Position numbers and translations under genes: made by a program. A model generated the notes under the pieces. The model saw only the letters and a program-made list of their open reading frames with translations, was not told the origin of the DNA and did no database searches. Of a stretch of 64,000 nt of DNA, positions 27,896-38,219 are shown piece by piece. Origin of the DNA: Syntrophales bacterium (GTDB taxonomy: Bacteria; Desulfobacterota; Syntrophia; Syntrophales; UBA2210); NCBI GenBank assembly GCA_963662405.2, contig CAXXKT010000001.1, positions 1,952,001-2,016,000 on the forward strand. The letters are read 5' to 3'. The stretch's first letter is position 1, and the number at the start of each line of letters is the position of its first letter.

Positions 27896-28642
27896 ATGAT
27901 CAGACTGGTTGATGTCCACAAGTCGTTCGGGCGGCAGAGGGTTCTCGACGGTATCGATCTCGGTATAGAGGAAGGAAAAACCACCGTCATCATCGGCGGG
28001 AGTGGCGGGGGGAAGTCCGTTCTCCTGAAGCATATCATCGGTCTCTTGCGCCCCGACAGCGGCCAGGTGCTGGTGGACGGTGTGGATATCGCTGCGTTGA
28101 ACGACCGGGATCTGAATGAGATCCGGAAGAAATTCGGGATGCTCTTCCAGGAGGCGGCCCTTTTCGACTCAATGAACGTCAGGGAGAATGTCGCCTTCCC
28201 CCTGAGAGAGCATACCAAAAAGAAGGAAGGCGAGATCCGACGGATCGTGGCCGAGCGGCTGAAGGCGGTCGGTCTTCCCGGTGTCGAGGATAAGATGCCG
28301 TCTGAACTGAGCGGCGGGATGCGCAAGAGGGTAGGGCTGGCCAGGGCGATCGCCCTGCATCCGCAGATTGTGCTCTTCGATGAGCCCACCACCGGCCTGG
28401 ACCCCGTGATGACCGAGGCGATCAACGAACTCATCATCAAGACTCAGAAAGACTTCAATCTCACCTGTGTGGTGATCAGTCATGATGTCCAGTCGATCTT
28501 TACGGTGGGACACAAGATCGCCATGCTCTATCAGGGAAAGATCATTGAGCATGGAACCGCCGAAGAGATACGGAGATCTTCCAATCCGGTGCTCAGGCAG
28601 TTTCTCTCCGGGAGTCTTGAAGGACCGATCAATGTGATGTAA
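27896..28642 (+). CDS. mlaF: MlaF-family ABC ATPase
   Basis: GGSGGGKS, FQEAALFDS, LSGGMRKRVGLARA, DEPTTGLDP. Confidence 0.95.
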   Translation: MIRLVDVHKSFGRQRVLDGIDLGIEEGKTTVIIGGSGGGKSVLLKHIIGLLRPDSGQVLVDGVDIAALNDRDLNEIRKKFGMLFQEAALFDSMNVRENVAFPLREHTKKKEGEIRRIVAERLKAVGLPGVEDKMPSELSGGMRKRVGLARAIALHPQIVLFDEPTTGLDPVMTEAINELIIKTQKDFNLTCVVISHDVQSIFTVGHKIAMLYQGKIIEHGTAEEIRRSSNPVLRQFLSGSLEGPINVM

Positions 28643-28687
28643 GGTACGTGGAATAAAGCGGTATAAAACACACCCCGGCGGTGAATA

Positions 28688-30228
28688 ATGGAAAGAAAGT
28701 TGTCGTCAATCAGCGCGGAAGCAAAGGTGGGCCTGTTTGTTCTGGTGGCGTTGATCATACTGGGGTACATGTCGTTCAGGGTCGGCGAACAAGGGTTCGG
28801 CCTGAAGAAGGGGTATCCGGTCACGGTGATATTCGATAACGCGACAGGCCTTGAAAAGGATGCCTCCGTGCAGATAGCGGGTGTCGAGGTCGGGCGGGTC
28901 GAGGATATCTCGCTCAAGAACGGCAAGGCCCGGGTCACGCTCCGGATCCTTCCGGAGATAAAGCTGGAGAAGGACACACGGGCCAAGATAAAGGCGTACG
29001 GTATCCTGGGGGACAAGTATGTCGATATCGTACCCGGAACCCCGGGCGAGACCTATATCGCGGCGGGCGGGGACATCGCCAGGGTGGAACAGCAGGCAGA
29101 TATCGACAAGCTACTCAGCGAGCTGGGGACCATAGCAGGCGATGTCATGGAGGTGACGGCTTCACTGAAAAAGACCGTCGGAAGCGCGGAAGGTGAAGAA
29201 AACCTCAGGGTGATCATCGACAACACTCGGATTATCACGGAGGACCTCAGCCGGATCGTGAAACAGAACGATGCCAAACTCAACCTGATGGTCGAGAATC
29301 TCAGCGAGGCCTCGATGGAGATGCGCAGGGCCTTTGCATCGCTCAACCGTATCGTGGAAGGGATTGACCGGGGGGAGGGGACCATCGGCCAACTGATCGA
29401 GAACCGGGATGTCTTTGACAACCTCAATCAGACGCTTGTCTCGCTCAGGGATATTACGGACAAGATCAACCGGGGTGAAGGCTCGATCGGAAAACTGGTC
29501 AATGACGGTGGTACCGTTGACAACCTCGAGCAGACGCTTGCATCGCTGAGGGATATTACGGACAAGATCAACCGGGGTGAGGGCTCGATCGGAAAACTGG
29601 TCAATGACGAAGACACCGTCGATAATCTGAACGCAAGCCTCAATAGCGTCGAGACGAGTATGGAGGGGATAAACCGGTTTGTATCGAAGTCCGAACAATT
29701 CAGGACCTTTCTCGGATACCGAGGGGAATACCTCTTCGACGAGGGTGACGGAAAGGGGTATTTGACCCTCACTATACGGCCGAAGGAGGATTATTTCTAT
29801 ATTCTCGGTTTTGTCGCCGATCCCCGGGGCGAACGGACCGTGACCGAGGCTACGGTGGGCGGTGTCACCACAAGGACAGAAAAGTGGGAGGAGGATGAAC
29901 TCCTCTTTACCGCTCAGATCGGCAAGAGATTCAAGGATATTGCCCTCAGGGGAGGCGTCTTTGAATCGACGGGAGGGATCGGGGTGGACTATTTTGCCCT
30001 TGACGACCGCCTGCAGTTCACCTTCGAGGCCTTTGACTTCGGCAGTGACCGGAACGCGCACCTCAAGGCATACGCAGAATACGGCTCATGAGGCACCTCT
30101 ACCTGTCGGCGGGTTGGGATGACTTTATCAGTGACGAGGGGAACGAATCTCCTTTTGTCGGACTGGCAATCAAGTTTGAAGACGAGGACCTCAAATATCT
30201 CCTCGGCAGTGTGCCAATGCCGAACTAG
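28688..30228 (+). CDS. mlaD: MlaD/MCE protein, frameshifted near 30083-30091 (error or pseudogene)
   Basis: MCE domain (GLEKDASVQIAGVEVGRV, GILGDKYV); protein-like C-terminus LMRHLYLSAGWDDF...FEDEDLKYLLGSVPMPN* continues in another frame. Confidence 0.85.
29366..29640 (+). repeat. 102-bp (34-aa) tandem repeats inside mlaD
   Basis: GEG(T/S)IG(Q/K)L...DNL..TL.SLRDITDKINR, about 2.7 copies. Confidence 0.9.
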
Positions 30229-30346
30229 CTGAGCGGGGAGCTGAAAATCCCCGGGATTGATACGCGCAGGATATCCCGATGGTACCCCCTTGACATTTTC
30301 CGGTATGTGTATATATTACGACCGCGGTTTGATGGGACGGTGTTGA

Positions 30347-30913
30347 ATGAGGTGCTTCAGTCCACCGCAAATATCCCTTGTCGGGACGACTTTTCGATGT
30401 GCGGAGGAGTTGGCTGAGGATTATTTTCATCTTGGCAGAAGGGGTCTTAAGGCCCATCGGTACGAGGTGAAGACCCTTGCCCATCTGAGCGATCAGGAGG
30501 TGGACGGTACCGCGTTTGCTCACCTGTGCCGGTATCAGTACCGGAAAGAAGGCAAGGCCGATCATCCTGACAACTTCTACTTTTTCAAGATTTGTCTCCA
30601 GGATGACCGGATCCTCGATGCGGTGAAACGAAGCGAGTCATTTGTCAAGCTGGAGCCCCTCATGCTCTATATCGCGGCGCACGAGTTGGTTCATGTCATT
30701 CGTTTCAACAACAGTCAGGCCGATTTCGACGCGCCTTTCGAGGAAAAGGTTGTCGAGGAAGAGAAGGTCCATTCGATTACCCGGAGTATGCTGAAGCCGA
30801 TAGCGGGGACGGATGTGAATCTCGTGCTCGAGTGCTTCAGTGATCGCTATCGAATTGGAGATATCTATAATGCCCGCTCATCCGAAAGGGATGATGCGGA
30901 GAGCGGGCACTGA
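30347..30913 (+). CDS. Hypothetical protein with HExxH motif (possible metallopeptidase)
   Basis: IAAHELVHVIRF followed by EE. Confidence 0.7.
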   Translation: MRCFSPPQISLVGTTFRCAEELAEDYFHLGRRGLKAHRYEVKTLAHLSDQEVDGTAFAHLCRYQYRKEGKADHPDNFYFFKICLQDDRILDAVKRSESFVKLEPLMLYIAAHELVHVIRFNNSQADFDAPFEEKVVEEEKVHSITRSMLKPIAGTDVNLVLECFSDRYRIGDIYNARSSERDDAESGH

Positions 30914-30941
30914 TAAATTGTCTGGCGGAGGTGGTAGTTAT

Positions 30942-31223
30942 ATGCCTATTTATGAGTATCAATGCAAGAAATGTGGAAAGAAATTCGAAGTTTTTCAGGG
31001 AATCACGGACGGAGAGATCAAAAACTGTAAGTTCTGTGACGGGACGGTTAGTAAACTGATATCCCTCACCTCATTTCACCTCAAGGGATCGGGGTGGTAT
31101 GTGACCGACTACGGCGGAAAGAAACCGTCCGTATCCGAGGCACCTAACAACGATTCGTCCTCCACATCAAGCGAGACAGCGTCCGTGCCGGACCCCAAAC
31201 CATCTTCCGAAAAGAGTGAATAA
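30942..31223 (+). CDS. FmdB-family zinc-ribbon protein
   Basis: MPIYEYQCKKCG...CKFC...FHLKGSGWYVTDY. Confidence 0.9.
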   Translation: MPIYEYQCKKCGKKFEVFQGITDGEIKNCKFCDGTVSKLISLTSFHLKGSGWYVTDYGGKKPSVSEAPNNDSSSTSSETASVPDPKPSSEKSE

Positions 31224-31265
31224 CGGAGGCGTTGCCTCTCCAGGTTATGGCCGGGAATCCTCTTG

Positions 31266-32810
31266 TCACGAGGGTTCTCGGCTTTCTCGCTTGATCCCCC
31301 CGCTGTGTTCTTCCCTCAGCAGGTCATCCACGGTTTTCACGGGATTGAATGTTGCGGAAGGCACCGCCACGAAGACGGTGTTCCACCGTGCCATGGCGCC
31401 ATTCCACAGACCGGGAAGTTCCAGGGCCTTCAGAGGTCGTCCTTCGGATGACTTGTGTGCGATAATCCGCGTGTTCCCGTCGACGTACCGTTTGAGGTCG
31501 AACTTTTCGCCCCGAAAATCCCGGGTGCCGCACACCAGGTCGACGGGATTGAAGTACGTGGATGATTTCCAGATGGCGCGCTGTCGTTTCGATTGATCAA
31601 CCTGTACCTCTTCCACAATCTGCAGTGACCGAGTCCCGTCCGGTTCCTCCACCCAGAAGGGGCCTCCTCCCGGCTCCCCCTCGTTTTTCACCATACCGCA
31701 GACACGCAGGGGGCGGTTCAGGATATCGAAGAGCATGTTTTTTTTCCGTGTCCCGGTACAGGTGTAAAAAACCTGCGGAAGCGTGCGGGACAGCCGTTCA
31801 CGGCAGAAGAGGGCGGTTTGGGAAAGGTCCGAATCATCCGGCTCTCCGTCGCTCAAGAGACGCAGGTGGTGAAAGATCTCTTCCTGAAGCGTCACGAGAT
31901 ACCCCCCGAGGACTTTTTTGTGGAGCACCGTCTCCGGCTTGAAACGATCGGGGACGACATTATCGATATTCTTGATGAAGATGATGTCTTCTTCGATAAG
32001 ATTGAGGTTTTCCAAGAGGGCCCCATGTCCTCCGGGTCTGAACATCAGCGTGCCGGCCTCATCGCGGAACGGCTTGCCCTCATCGTCGATCGCTATGGTC
32101 CCGGTTGACGGTAACTGAATGGAAAGAGCAATGAGAAACCTGACATCATACTCGGTTTCATAGTCTCCTCTCACATCCGCAAGGTATGCTTCGACCTCCC
32201 GCCGGTGTTCTTCCGAAACGGTGATATGCAACCGGCATCCGTGCCGGTCATCCTTAACGTACAGGGCGGCCTCGACCAGGTGCTCTTCGAGAGGGGTGCG
32301 ACTGCTCCCCGGGTACGGGTGAAACTTGAGGAGTGCCTTGGGCAGATGCCCGTAGTCCAACCCCTTTGCCGTCAGGATATATTTCAGTATCTCCCGGGGA
32401 TTCTCACGGTGAATGTCACGGCCGTCCCGGGACAGGGCGCGTGACAGCTCCTCGAAAAAGGCGAATTGAGGGAGCTGCTTTTGAAAGATCCGGGCATCTT
32501 TTGTCGTACTAAACCCTTCCGTTTCATACCAGGTGAACCACCGCTCGAACATACGGCTGGCCGCCCCGGAGGCGGGAACAAACTTGATCATCCTTCCCTG
32601 TGCCGCCGCCCGGTCGTGCTCGGATATCAACCTCTCCCGGTCGGAATCGGGGATGGCGACGATCCCGTCACCGATCGAACAGGCCCCGGCCAGCGTAAGA
32701 GGGATCGTTTCCCCCTCCAGTGCCTCGAGTTGCGACGATATATCCCGTGCAGTCAATCCGATTTTCTTGATGGATTTCAGGTCATCTTCAGTAAAAAGCT
32801 TTTCAGCCAT
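31266..32810 (-). CDS. DUF4301 family protein
   Basis: KFVPASGAASRMF, FRPGGHGAL, FIKNIDNV, GEPGGGPFW, ELPGLWNGAMA, FNPVKTV. Confidence 0.88.
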   Translation of the reverse strand: MAEKLFTEDDLKSIKKIGLTARDISSQLEALEGETIPLTLAGACSIGDGIVAIPDSDRERLISEHDRAAAQGRMIKFVPASGAASRMFERWFTWYETEGFSTTKDARIFQKQLPQFAFFEELSRALSRDGRDIHRENPREILKYILTAKGLDYGHLPKALLKFHPYPGSSRTPLEEHLVEAALYVKDDRHGCRLHITVSEEHRREVEAYLADVRGDYETEYDVRFLIALSIQLPSTGTIAIDDEGKPFRDEAGTLMFRPGGHGALLENLNLIEEDIIFIKNIDNVVPDRFKPETVLHKKVLGGYLVTLQEEIFHHLRLLSDGEPDDSDLSQTALFCRERLSRTLPQVFYTCTGTRKKNMLFDILNRPLRVCGMVKNEGEPGGGPFWVEEPDGTRSLQIVEEVQVDQSKRQRAIWKSSTYFNPVDLVCGTRDFRGEKFDLKRYVDGNTRIIAHKSSEGRPLKALELPGLWNGAMARWNTVFVAVPSATFNPVKTVDDLLREEHSGGIKRESREPS

Positions 32811-33036
32811 CGGGCAATTCACCTTGTCTTGATTCGCTTGCTGTAATTATAACGGATGAACCAGCAAAAAACAAACAGAGCCGGCATTTCAGGTACTCTT
32901 CGACGTAAAAGTATGGTAGGTGGTTCGATATGATCGATTCTGATCGAAAACGGTTTCTGAAAAAACATGCTACAAACGACGGATTCTGATTGCAGTCAAC
33001 AACCCGGAATAATTGCGCAGAGGGGGAGGGCCCTGT

Positions 33037-34152
33037 ATGGAGATATTACCTGATTTTTACGAGGCAGTATCTGAAACACAGACGTATGTGGAACGTCTGA
33101 AAAACACGGGTCAGAAGATCATCGGGTACCTGTGTTCCTACACCCCCGAAGAGATCATCCTTGCGGCGGGGGCTCATCCTTTGCGACTCTTCGGCACGAA
33201 GGGGACGATCTCCCTGGCCAACGCGCACCTGCAGTCCTACAGCTGTTCTCTCGCGCGGGGCGTGCTTGAAGACGCGCTCGCCGGGAGGCTGGCCTTTCTC
33301 GATGGCGCCGTCTTTCCCCACACCTGCGATACCATTCAGCGCCTCTCCGATATCTGGCGCCTCAATATCCGGTTTCCCTTCTTCGCAGATGTCGTCCTGC
33401 CCGTGAAGCTGGATACCGAGAGTGCCCGGGAATATATGGAGGATGTCCTCCGGAAGTTCAAACGCGACCTGGAAACGGGGTTGGGTGTGACGATAACCGA
33501 TGCGGCGCTGGGGGAGGCCGTCGATACCTACAACCGGATACGAGGCTGCCTCAAAACTATTTACGAACTGCGTTCCACCCATCCCGGTATCCTGACGGGA
33601 AGCGAGCTGTATGCCATCGTCAAGGGCTCGATGATTATGGACCGGCACTCCCTGGCCGAGAAACTCCCCTCGGTGATAGATGACCTCAAAGAAAAGATCC
33701 CTGCGGCGGATACCGGAAAGAAACGGATCATCCTGAGCGGCAGTATCTGTGACCAGCCGGATCTCTATGCCGTCTTCGAGAAGGCGGGGGGTGTCGTTGT
33801 CTGGGACGATCTGTGCACCGGTTCGCGCTGGTTTGACGGGGCTATCGAAGGCGGTGGCGACCCCATTGCGGCGATCGCGAAGCGATATAGCGGTCGGGCG
33901 CTCTGCCCCGCCAAACACCTCTCAAACACGATCCGGGGAGAGAGACTCTTGGAGCAGGCCCGAGAACATGGGGCCGACGGTGTTGTCTTTCTCCTGATGA
34001 AATTCTGCGATCCCCACGATTTCGATTATCCCTATCTGAAGGGATTTCTGGATCGAGAGGGGATCCCCAGCATGCTGCTGGAGATTGAGGATCAGCTTCC
34101 CTCAGAGGGGCAGCTCTTGACCAGATTTGAGACATTTATCCATATGCTGTAA
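33037..34152 (+). CDS. 2-hydroxyacyl-CoA dehydratase subunit (HgdB/FldC/BcrC-like)
   Basis: YTPEEII.AAG, HTCD, DDLCTG, KFCDPH, TRFETFI. Confidence 0.88.
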   Translation: MEILPDFYEAVSETQTYVERLKNTGQKIIGYLCSYTPEEIILAAGAHPLRLFGTKGTISLANAHLQSYSCSLARGVLEDALAGRLAFLDGAVFPHTCDTIQRLSDIWRLNIRFPFFADVVLPVKLDTESAREYMEDVLRKFKRDLETGLGVTITDAALGEAVDTYNRIRGCLKTIYELRSTHPGILTGSELYAIVKGSMIMDRHSLAEKLPSVIDDLKEKIPAADTGKKRIILSGSICDQPDLYAVFEKAGGVVVWDDLCTGSRWFDGAIEGGGDPIAAIAKRYSGRALCPAKHLSNTIRGERLLEQAREHGADGVVFLLMKFCDPHDFDYPYLKGFLDREGIPSMLLEIEDQLPSEGQLLTRFETFIHML

Positions 34153-34179
34153 CATGTGCTCGAGAAGAGGAGCGAAGAG

Positions 34180-35415
34180 ATGATGGATACCGATGCGGGG
34201 AAGAGCGAGAAGAAGATGCTGTCCGAAAAAAAGATGAAGGAAATCATGACCGGCTACTACATCGAGGCTAAAACGGCCGAGCAGGCGGGGAAGAAGGTCG
34301 CCTGGATCACCAGCGGAGGACCGGTGGAACCGCTGATAGCGATGGATATCATCCCTGTCTATCCGGAGAACTACGGGGCGATGATCGGGGCATCGAAGAT
34401 GGGGGCCGATCTGTGCGCGCGGGCCGAAGAGATGGGATACAGCGGAGACCTCTGTTCCTACGCGCGGGCCGATATCGCCTCTTCTTTGGTGGACGGCGGT
34501 CCCATCGGAGGACTGCCGAAGCCCGACATGCTGGTGTGCTGTAACAACATATGCGGGACGGTCCTCAAGTGGTACGAGGTGCAGGCCCGCCATTACGACG
34601 TCCCCCTCTTTATCCTTGATACCCCCTTCTGCCACACCGAATACAGCGACGAAGCAAAGAAATACGTTCGGAAACAGATACTCGAATATGTTGTCTTCCT
34701 CGAAGAGGCGACAAACCAGCGATTCGATTATGACCGGATGGCGGAGGTTGGAAAACTCTCCCTGGAAGGGCAGCGCCTGTGGCAGGCCGTTCTCGACACC
34801 GCCATGAACAGGCCGTCCCCGATGACCTGTTTCGACGCGTTCTTTCATCTTGCCCTCATCGTCACCCTGCGCGGGACCCAGGTGGCGGTGGATTACTACC
34901 GTATGCTCCTGAAAGAGATGGAGCAGCGTGTCGCCGATGGGGTCAGCGCAATTCCGAACGAGAAGTACCGGCTCTTGTGGGACAACCTGCCGATCTGGTA
35001 CCGGATGCGGTGGCTCTCCGAGCAGTTCGCGTCCCATGACGCCTGTCTCGTGGCGGACACGTACACCACCGCGTGGTGCATGAGCCTGAAGTATATGGAC
35101 GAGACCGATTTCCTCGATTCCATGGCCGAAGGATACACCAAGTCATATCTCAACATCGGGGTTGATGGGATGATCAAGATCATTCTCGAGATGGTGGACA
35201 AATATGACGTGGACGGTTTTGTCATGCACTCCAACCGGAGCTGCAAGCCTTACTCGCTCGGCCAGTACGATATCCAGCGGGCCGTTCAGCGGGAACGGGG
35301 GATTCCCTCCGTCACCATCGAATCCCACATGGTGGACGAACGATCCTTCTCCGAGAGCCAGACGGAGACACGGATCGATGCCTTCATGGAGATGATCAGT
35401 CAGAAAAAGGGATAA
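34180..35415 (+). CDS. 2-hydroxyacyl-CoA dehydratase subunit (HgdA/FldB/BcrB-like)
   Basis: YPENY, DLCSY, NNICGT, NRSCKP, TRIDAFME. Confidence 0.88.
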   Translation: MMDTDAGKSEKKMLSEKKMKEIMTGYYIEAKTAEQAGKKVAWITSGGPVEPLIAMDIIPVYPENYGAMIGASKMGADLCARAEEMGYSGDLCSYARADIASSLVDGGPIGGLPKPDMLVCCNNICGTVLKWYEVQARHYDVPLFILDTPFCHTEYSDEAKKYVRKQILEYVVFLEEATNQRFDYDRMAEVGKLSLEGQRLWQAVLDTAMNRPSPMTCFDAFFHLALIVTLRGTQVAVDYYRMLLKEMEQRVADGVSAIPNEKYRLLWDNLPIWYRMRWLSEQFASHDACLVADTYTTAWCMSLKYMDETDFLDSMAEGYTKSYLNIGVDGMIKIILEMVDKYDVDGFVMHSNRSCKPYSLGQYDIQRAVQRERGIPSVTIESHMVDERSFSESQTETRIDAFMEMISQKKG

Positions 35416-35441
35416 ACAGGAGACAGTGAGGAAAGCATTTT

Positions 35442-36209
35442 ATGATCACCGCAGGGATAGATATCGGATCCATAACCGCGAAGGCGGCGGTTCTGTCGGA
35501 CGGGAGGCTACTCGGGTCGAAGGTGGCCTTTACCGGATATAATGCGCGGCAGGCGGGGGAGAGCATATTTGAGTCCCTCCTCACCGATCTGGAGATGGAG
35601 GCCTCGTCGATCGAGCGGATCGTATCCACCGGTTACGGGCGAAACAGCGTGGCCTTTGCCGACAAGGCCGTAACGGAGATTATCTGTCACGGGGCCGGGG
35701 CGTACTACCTGAATCCCGCGGTCCGATCGATCATCGACGTGGGGGGGCAGGACAGCAAGGTCCTGGCGATCAACCCCGACGGAACGGTCAAGGATTTTTC
35801 GATGAACGACAAGTGCGCCGCCGGCACCGGCAGGTTTCTCGAGGTGATGGCGCGCGCCCTGGAGGCGGATCTTGACGATTTCGGGTCTCTTTCGCTCCGG
35901 TCTGATAATCCGTCGAAGATCAGCAGCATCTGCACGGTCTTCGCCGAATCAGAGGTGATCTCTCTCATCGCGAAAGGGGAAAACCGTGAGGATATCATCG
36001 CGGGGATCCATGAATCCGTTGCGTTGCGTATTTCATCAATGGCACGGAGAGTGGGGGTGAGGGAACCCGTGATGATGACGGGCGGTGTTGGCCGGAACAT
36101 CGGGGTGGTCAGGGCTCTGGAGCGGGCGCTCGATGTTCCCATCGAGGTCTCTGAATATGCCCAGGTCAACGGTGCCATCGGGGCGGCGGTCATAGCCACG
36201 AGGATTTGA
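35442..36209 (+). CDS. CoA-substrate-specific enzyme activase (HgdC/BadF family)
   Basis: GIDIGS, TGYGR, DVGGQDSK, MNDKCAAGTGRF, CTVFAESEVIS. Confidence 0.93.
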   Translation: MITAGIDIGSITAKAAVLSDGRLLGSKVAFTGYNARQAGESIFESLLTDLEMEASSIERIVSTGYGRNSVAFADKAVTEIICHGAGAYYLNPAVRSIIDVGGQDSKVLAINPDGTVKDFSMNDKCAAGTGRFLEVMARALEADLDDFGSLSLRSDNPSKISSICTVFAESEVISLIAKGENREDIIAGIHESVALRISSMARRVGVREPVMMTGGVGRNIGVVRALERALDVPIEVSEYAQVNGAIGAAVIATRI

Positions 36210-36505
36210 CTGTTTCCCGTTTGGCGTCCCCACAGGTGGACTGCTCATGCTTGGTCGTTTTCCCCCTGAGAAAGAACAAACAAAATTCGGCTACGGGACG
36301 GAAATGGAACGTGATTCTTCGACCCGATCAGGAAGAAAAAAATACAGCAGCGGTGGAGAAGAAGGCCCTCGTCCTGAACGACACAGGGGGAGACCTTGGC
36401 TTATTGATCAGGTCCATGCCTGCACTGTTTCATGACGACGAAGGATCGTATTCTGCATGGGCATTTCAAGCAACCGTGTCTGAATGCGGCTGAACAGGGT
36501 GTCCT

Positions 36506-36643
36506 CGAGGATACAATCTTTGACGGCGACAGGGAAACGGGGTCTTTGTTTGCCGGGTAGGAGATCGTCGGTATCCATCACATCCCAACCGTACAGGGAC
36601 TCGTCGAACGGATCATCGCAGAGACCGAGCAGGCAATAGATTA
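36506..36643 (+). pseudogene. C-terminal remnant of a nitronate monooxygenase/FabK-like gene
   Basis: EDTIFDGDRETGSLFAG*EIVGIHHIPTVQGLVERIIAETE, with internal TAG. Confidence 0.65.
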
Positions 36644-36711
36644 GTTTCGGAGAAAACGTATTGCGTCATGAGCCTGCGAAAGGTGCATGCGATATAAGGG
36701 AGGATATGACA

Positions 36712-37581
36712 ATGGAATGGCGAACGAAGATAACCGATTTATTCGGATGTAAGTATCCTGTTTTGCTCGGGGCCATGCATAAACTCGGGATATGGCAATT
36801 TGCTGCGGCCGTCGCCGAGGCAGGCGGTCACGGAACAATTACGGCGGCCATATCGGCGATGCCGGAACAACTGGAAAAGGATATCAGGAGTTGTAAAAAA
36901 TCCACAACAGGGAGCTTCGGGGTGAATCTGAGCGTCGGTATGTGCCCCAGAATAGATGAGATGCTTGAGGTGTGCATTTCAGAAAATGTGCCAATCGAGA
37001 CCTCATTGTATAAGCCGGATGACCTGGCGGCGCGCATTAAGGAATCCGGCCTGCCGTGGATTCACAAAGCGGCTCGGGTAAAAGATGCCGCCCATGCCCA
37101 GGAATTAGGTGTGGATGCAATAATAATAGTCGGATTAGAAGGAGGGGGTATAAAAAATCCCACACAACTTCCCACGCTGACAACCATTCGCCATGCTGTC
37201 AGATCTTTGTCGGTTCCTGTGATTGCTGCAGGGGGCATTGGTGATGGTCCAAGTTTTCTGGGGGCCTTGGCCCTTGGGGCCGAAGGGGTGATGTTGGGAA
37301 GCGCCTTTTTGATGACGAAAGAAAGCCCGATCACGCAGGAAGCCAGGGAAACCATGATCGCTCTGAATCTCGATGATCCGGAATTTCGCACCCGAGTGAT
37401 GACTCCAAGACTCTTTGACCCGAAAGCACCACACAAGACATCTACCGAGATCAACTGGGCCAAGGCCGCTTCGTTCGCCGCAGCCGGTATTCCCCGAATT
37501 TTCAGTGTAAAGGAACTGCTCGACCATATCACATCCGAAGCGGCGGCTGTGTTAAAGGAGCGGCGCTTTCAGATAGACTGA
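36712..37581 (+). CDS. Nitronate monooxygenase / FabK-like FMN oxidoreductase
   Basis: AAAVAEAGG.G, FGVNL, GLEGGG, PVIAAGGIGDG, GVMLGSAF. Confidence 0.88.
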   Translation: MEWRTKITDLFGCKYPVLLGAMHKLGIWQFAAAVAEAGGHGTITAAISAMPEQLEKDIRSCKKSTTGSFGVNLSVGMCPRIDEMLEVCISENVPIETSLYKPDDLAARIKESGLPWIHKAARVKDAAHAQELGVDAIIIVGLEGGGIKNPTQLPTLTTIRHAVRSLSVPVIAAGGIGDGPSFLGALALGAEGVMLGSAFLMTKESPITQEARETMIALNLDDPEFRTRVMTPRLFDPKAPHKTSTEINWAKAASFAAAGIPRIFSVKELLDHITSEAAAVLKERRFQID

Positions 37582-37769
37582 TACTCATATGATCTGGTCT
37601 ACGACATCCTTCGGCGGTTTGCTCAGGGGTGTCCGCGGTATCAAAAGAGAAACACCGCGTGATGCGCTCTATGGGGGACCGTCTTGGCCGGTCACTCGAA
37701 TGGTGGCCCGAAGGACCGTCCGTCCTCCCACCGTGTCGCTGTCGCAACAGCGGCGGGAGAGCCTCCGGG

Positions 37770-37975
37770 TTGGTCTCATGGGGAATGCAAAAGTACAGGA
37801 TATCTATATTGTGGTTTATACCTATATTCCTGCCTGGGTGCTCAATCAGACCGTTAGGGGTGCCGGCGAGTATCCCTGTCTACCGTGGCTGATTTCCGGA
37901 GGAGATATATCGGAAGATCCTGTGGCGGATGATCTGTCTACTATTTTTTTCGAGGGTCTTATGATGAAACAAGGT
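37770..37975 (+). pseudogene. Possible degraded TetR C-terminal remnant
   Basis: Ends VADDLSTIFFEGLM, reminiscent of TetR C-termini; no HTH recognisable. Confidence 0.25.
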
Positions 37976-38219
37976 AGAGAGAGACCTGGCCGCCCTTCAA
38001 CGCCGTGAAACGCTGGTTCCGCGAAACCGGTGCCGTAAATACCGCAACGGGTCTCGGTTTTTTCACTGAACGGCGTTTAGCGTTAAAAAAGTCTATTTCC
38101 CATATCTTAAAGCCTTCTCTTGATTGACCTTCAGTCACAAATCTGGTAGAAAGACCTTTCCTGATAGAGGTATGTCCTTTTTTTCACTCTATTCCCGGGG
38201 GGTAATAAAATATTCACGC

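Noticed and set aside
33037..36209. Class I benzoyl-CoA reductase
   Set aside because: Only one activase-type subunit and no ring-cleavage genes nearby; cannot be separated from dehydratases by eye
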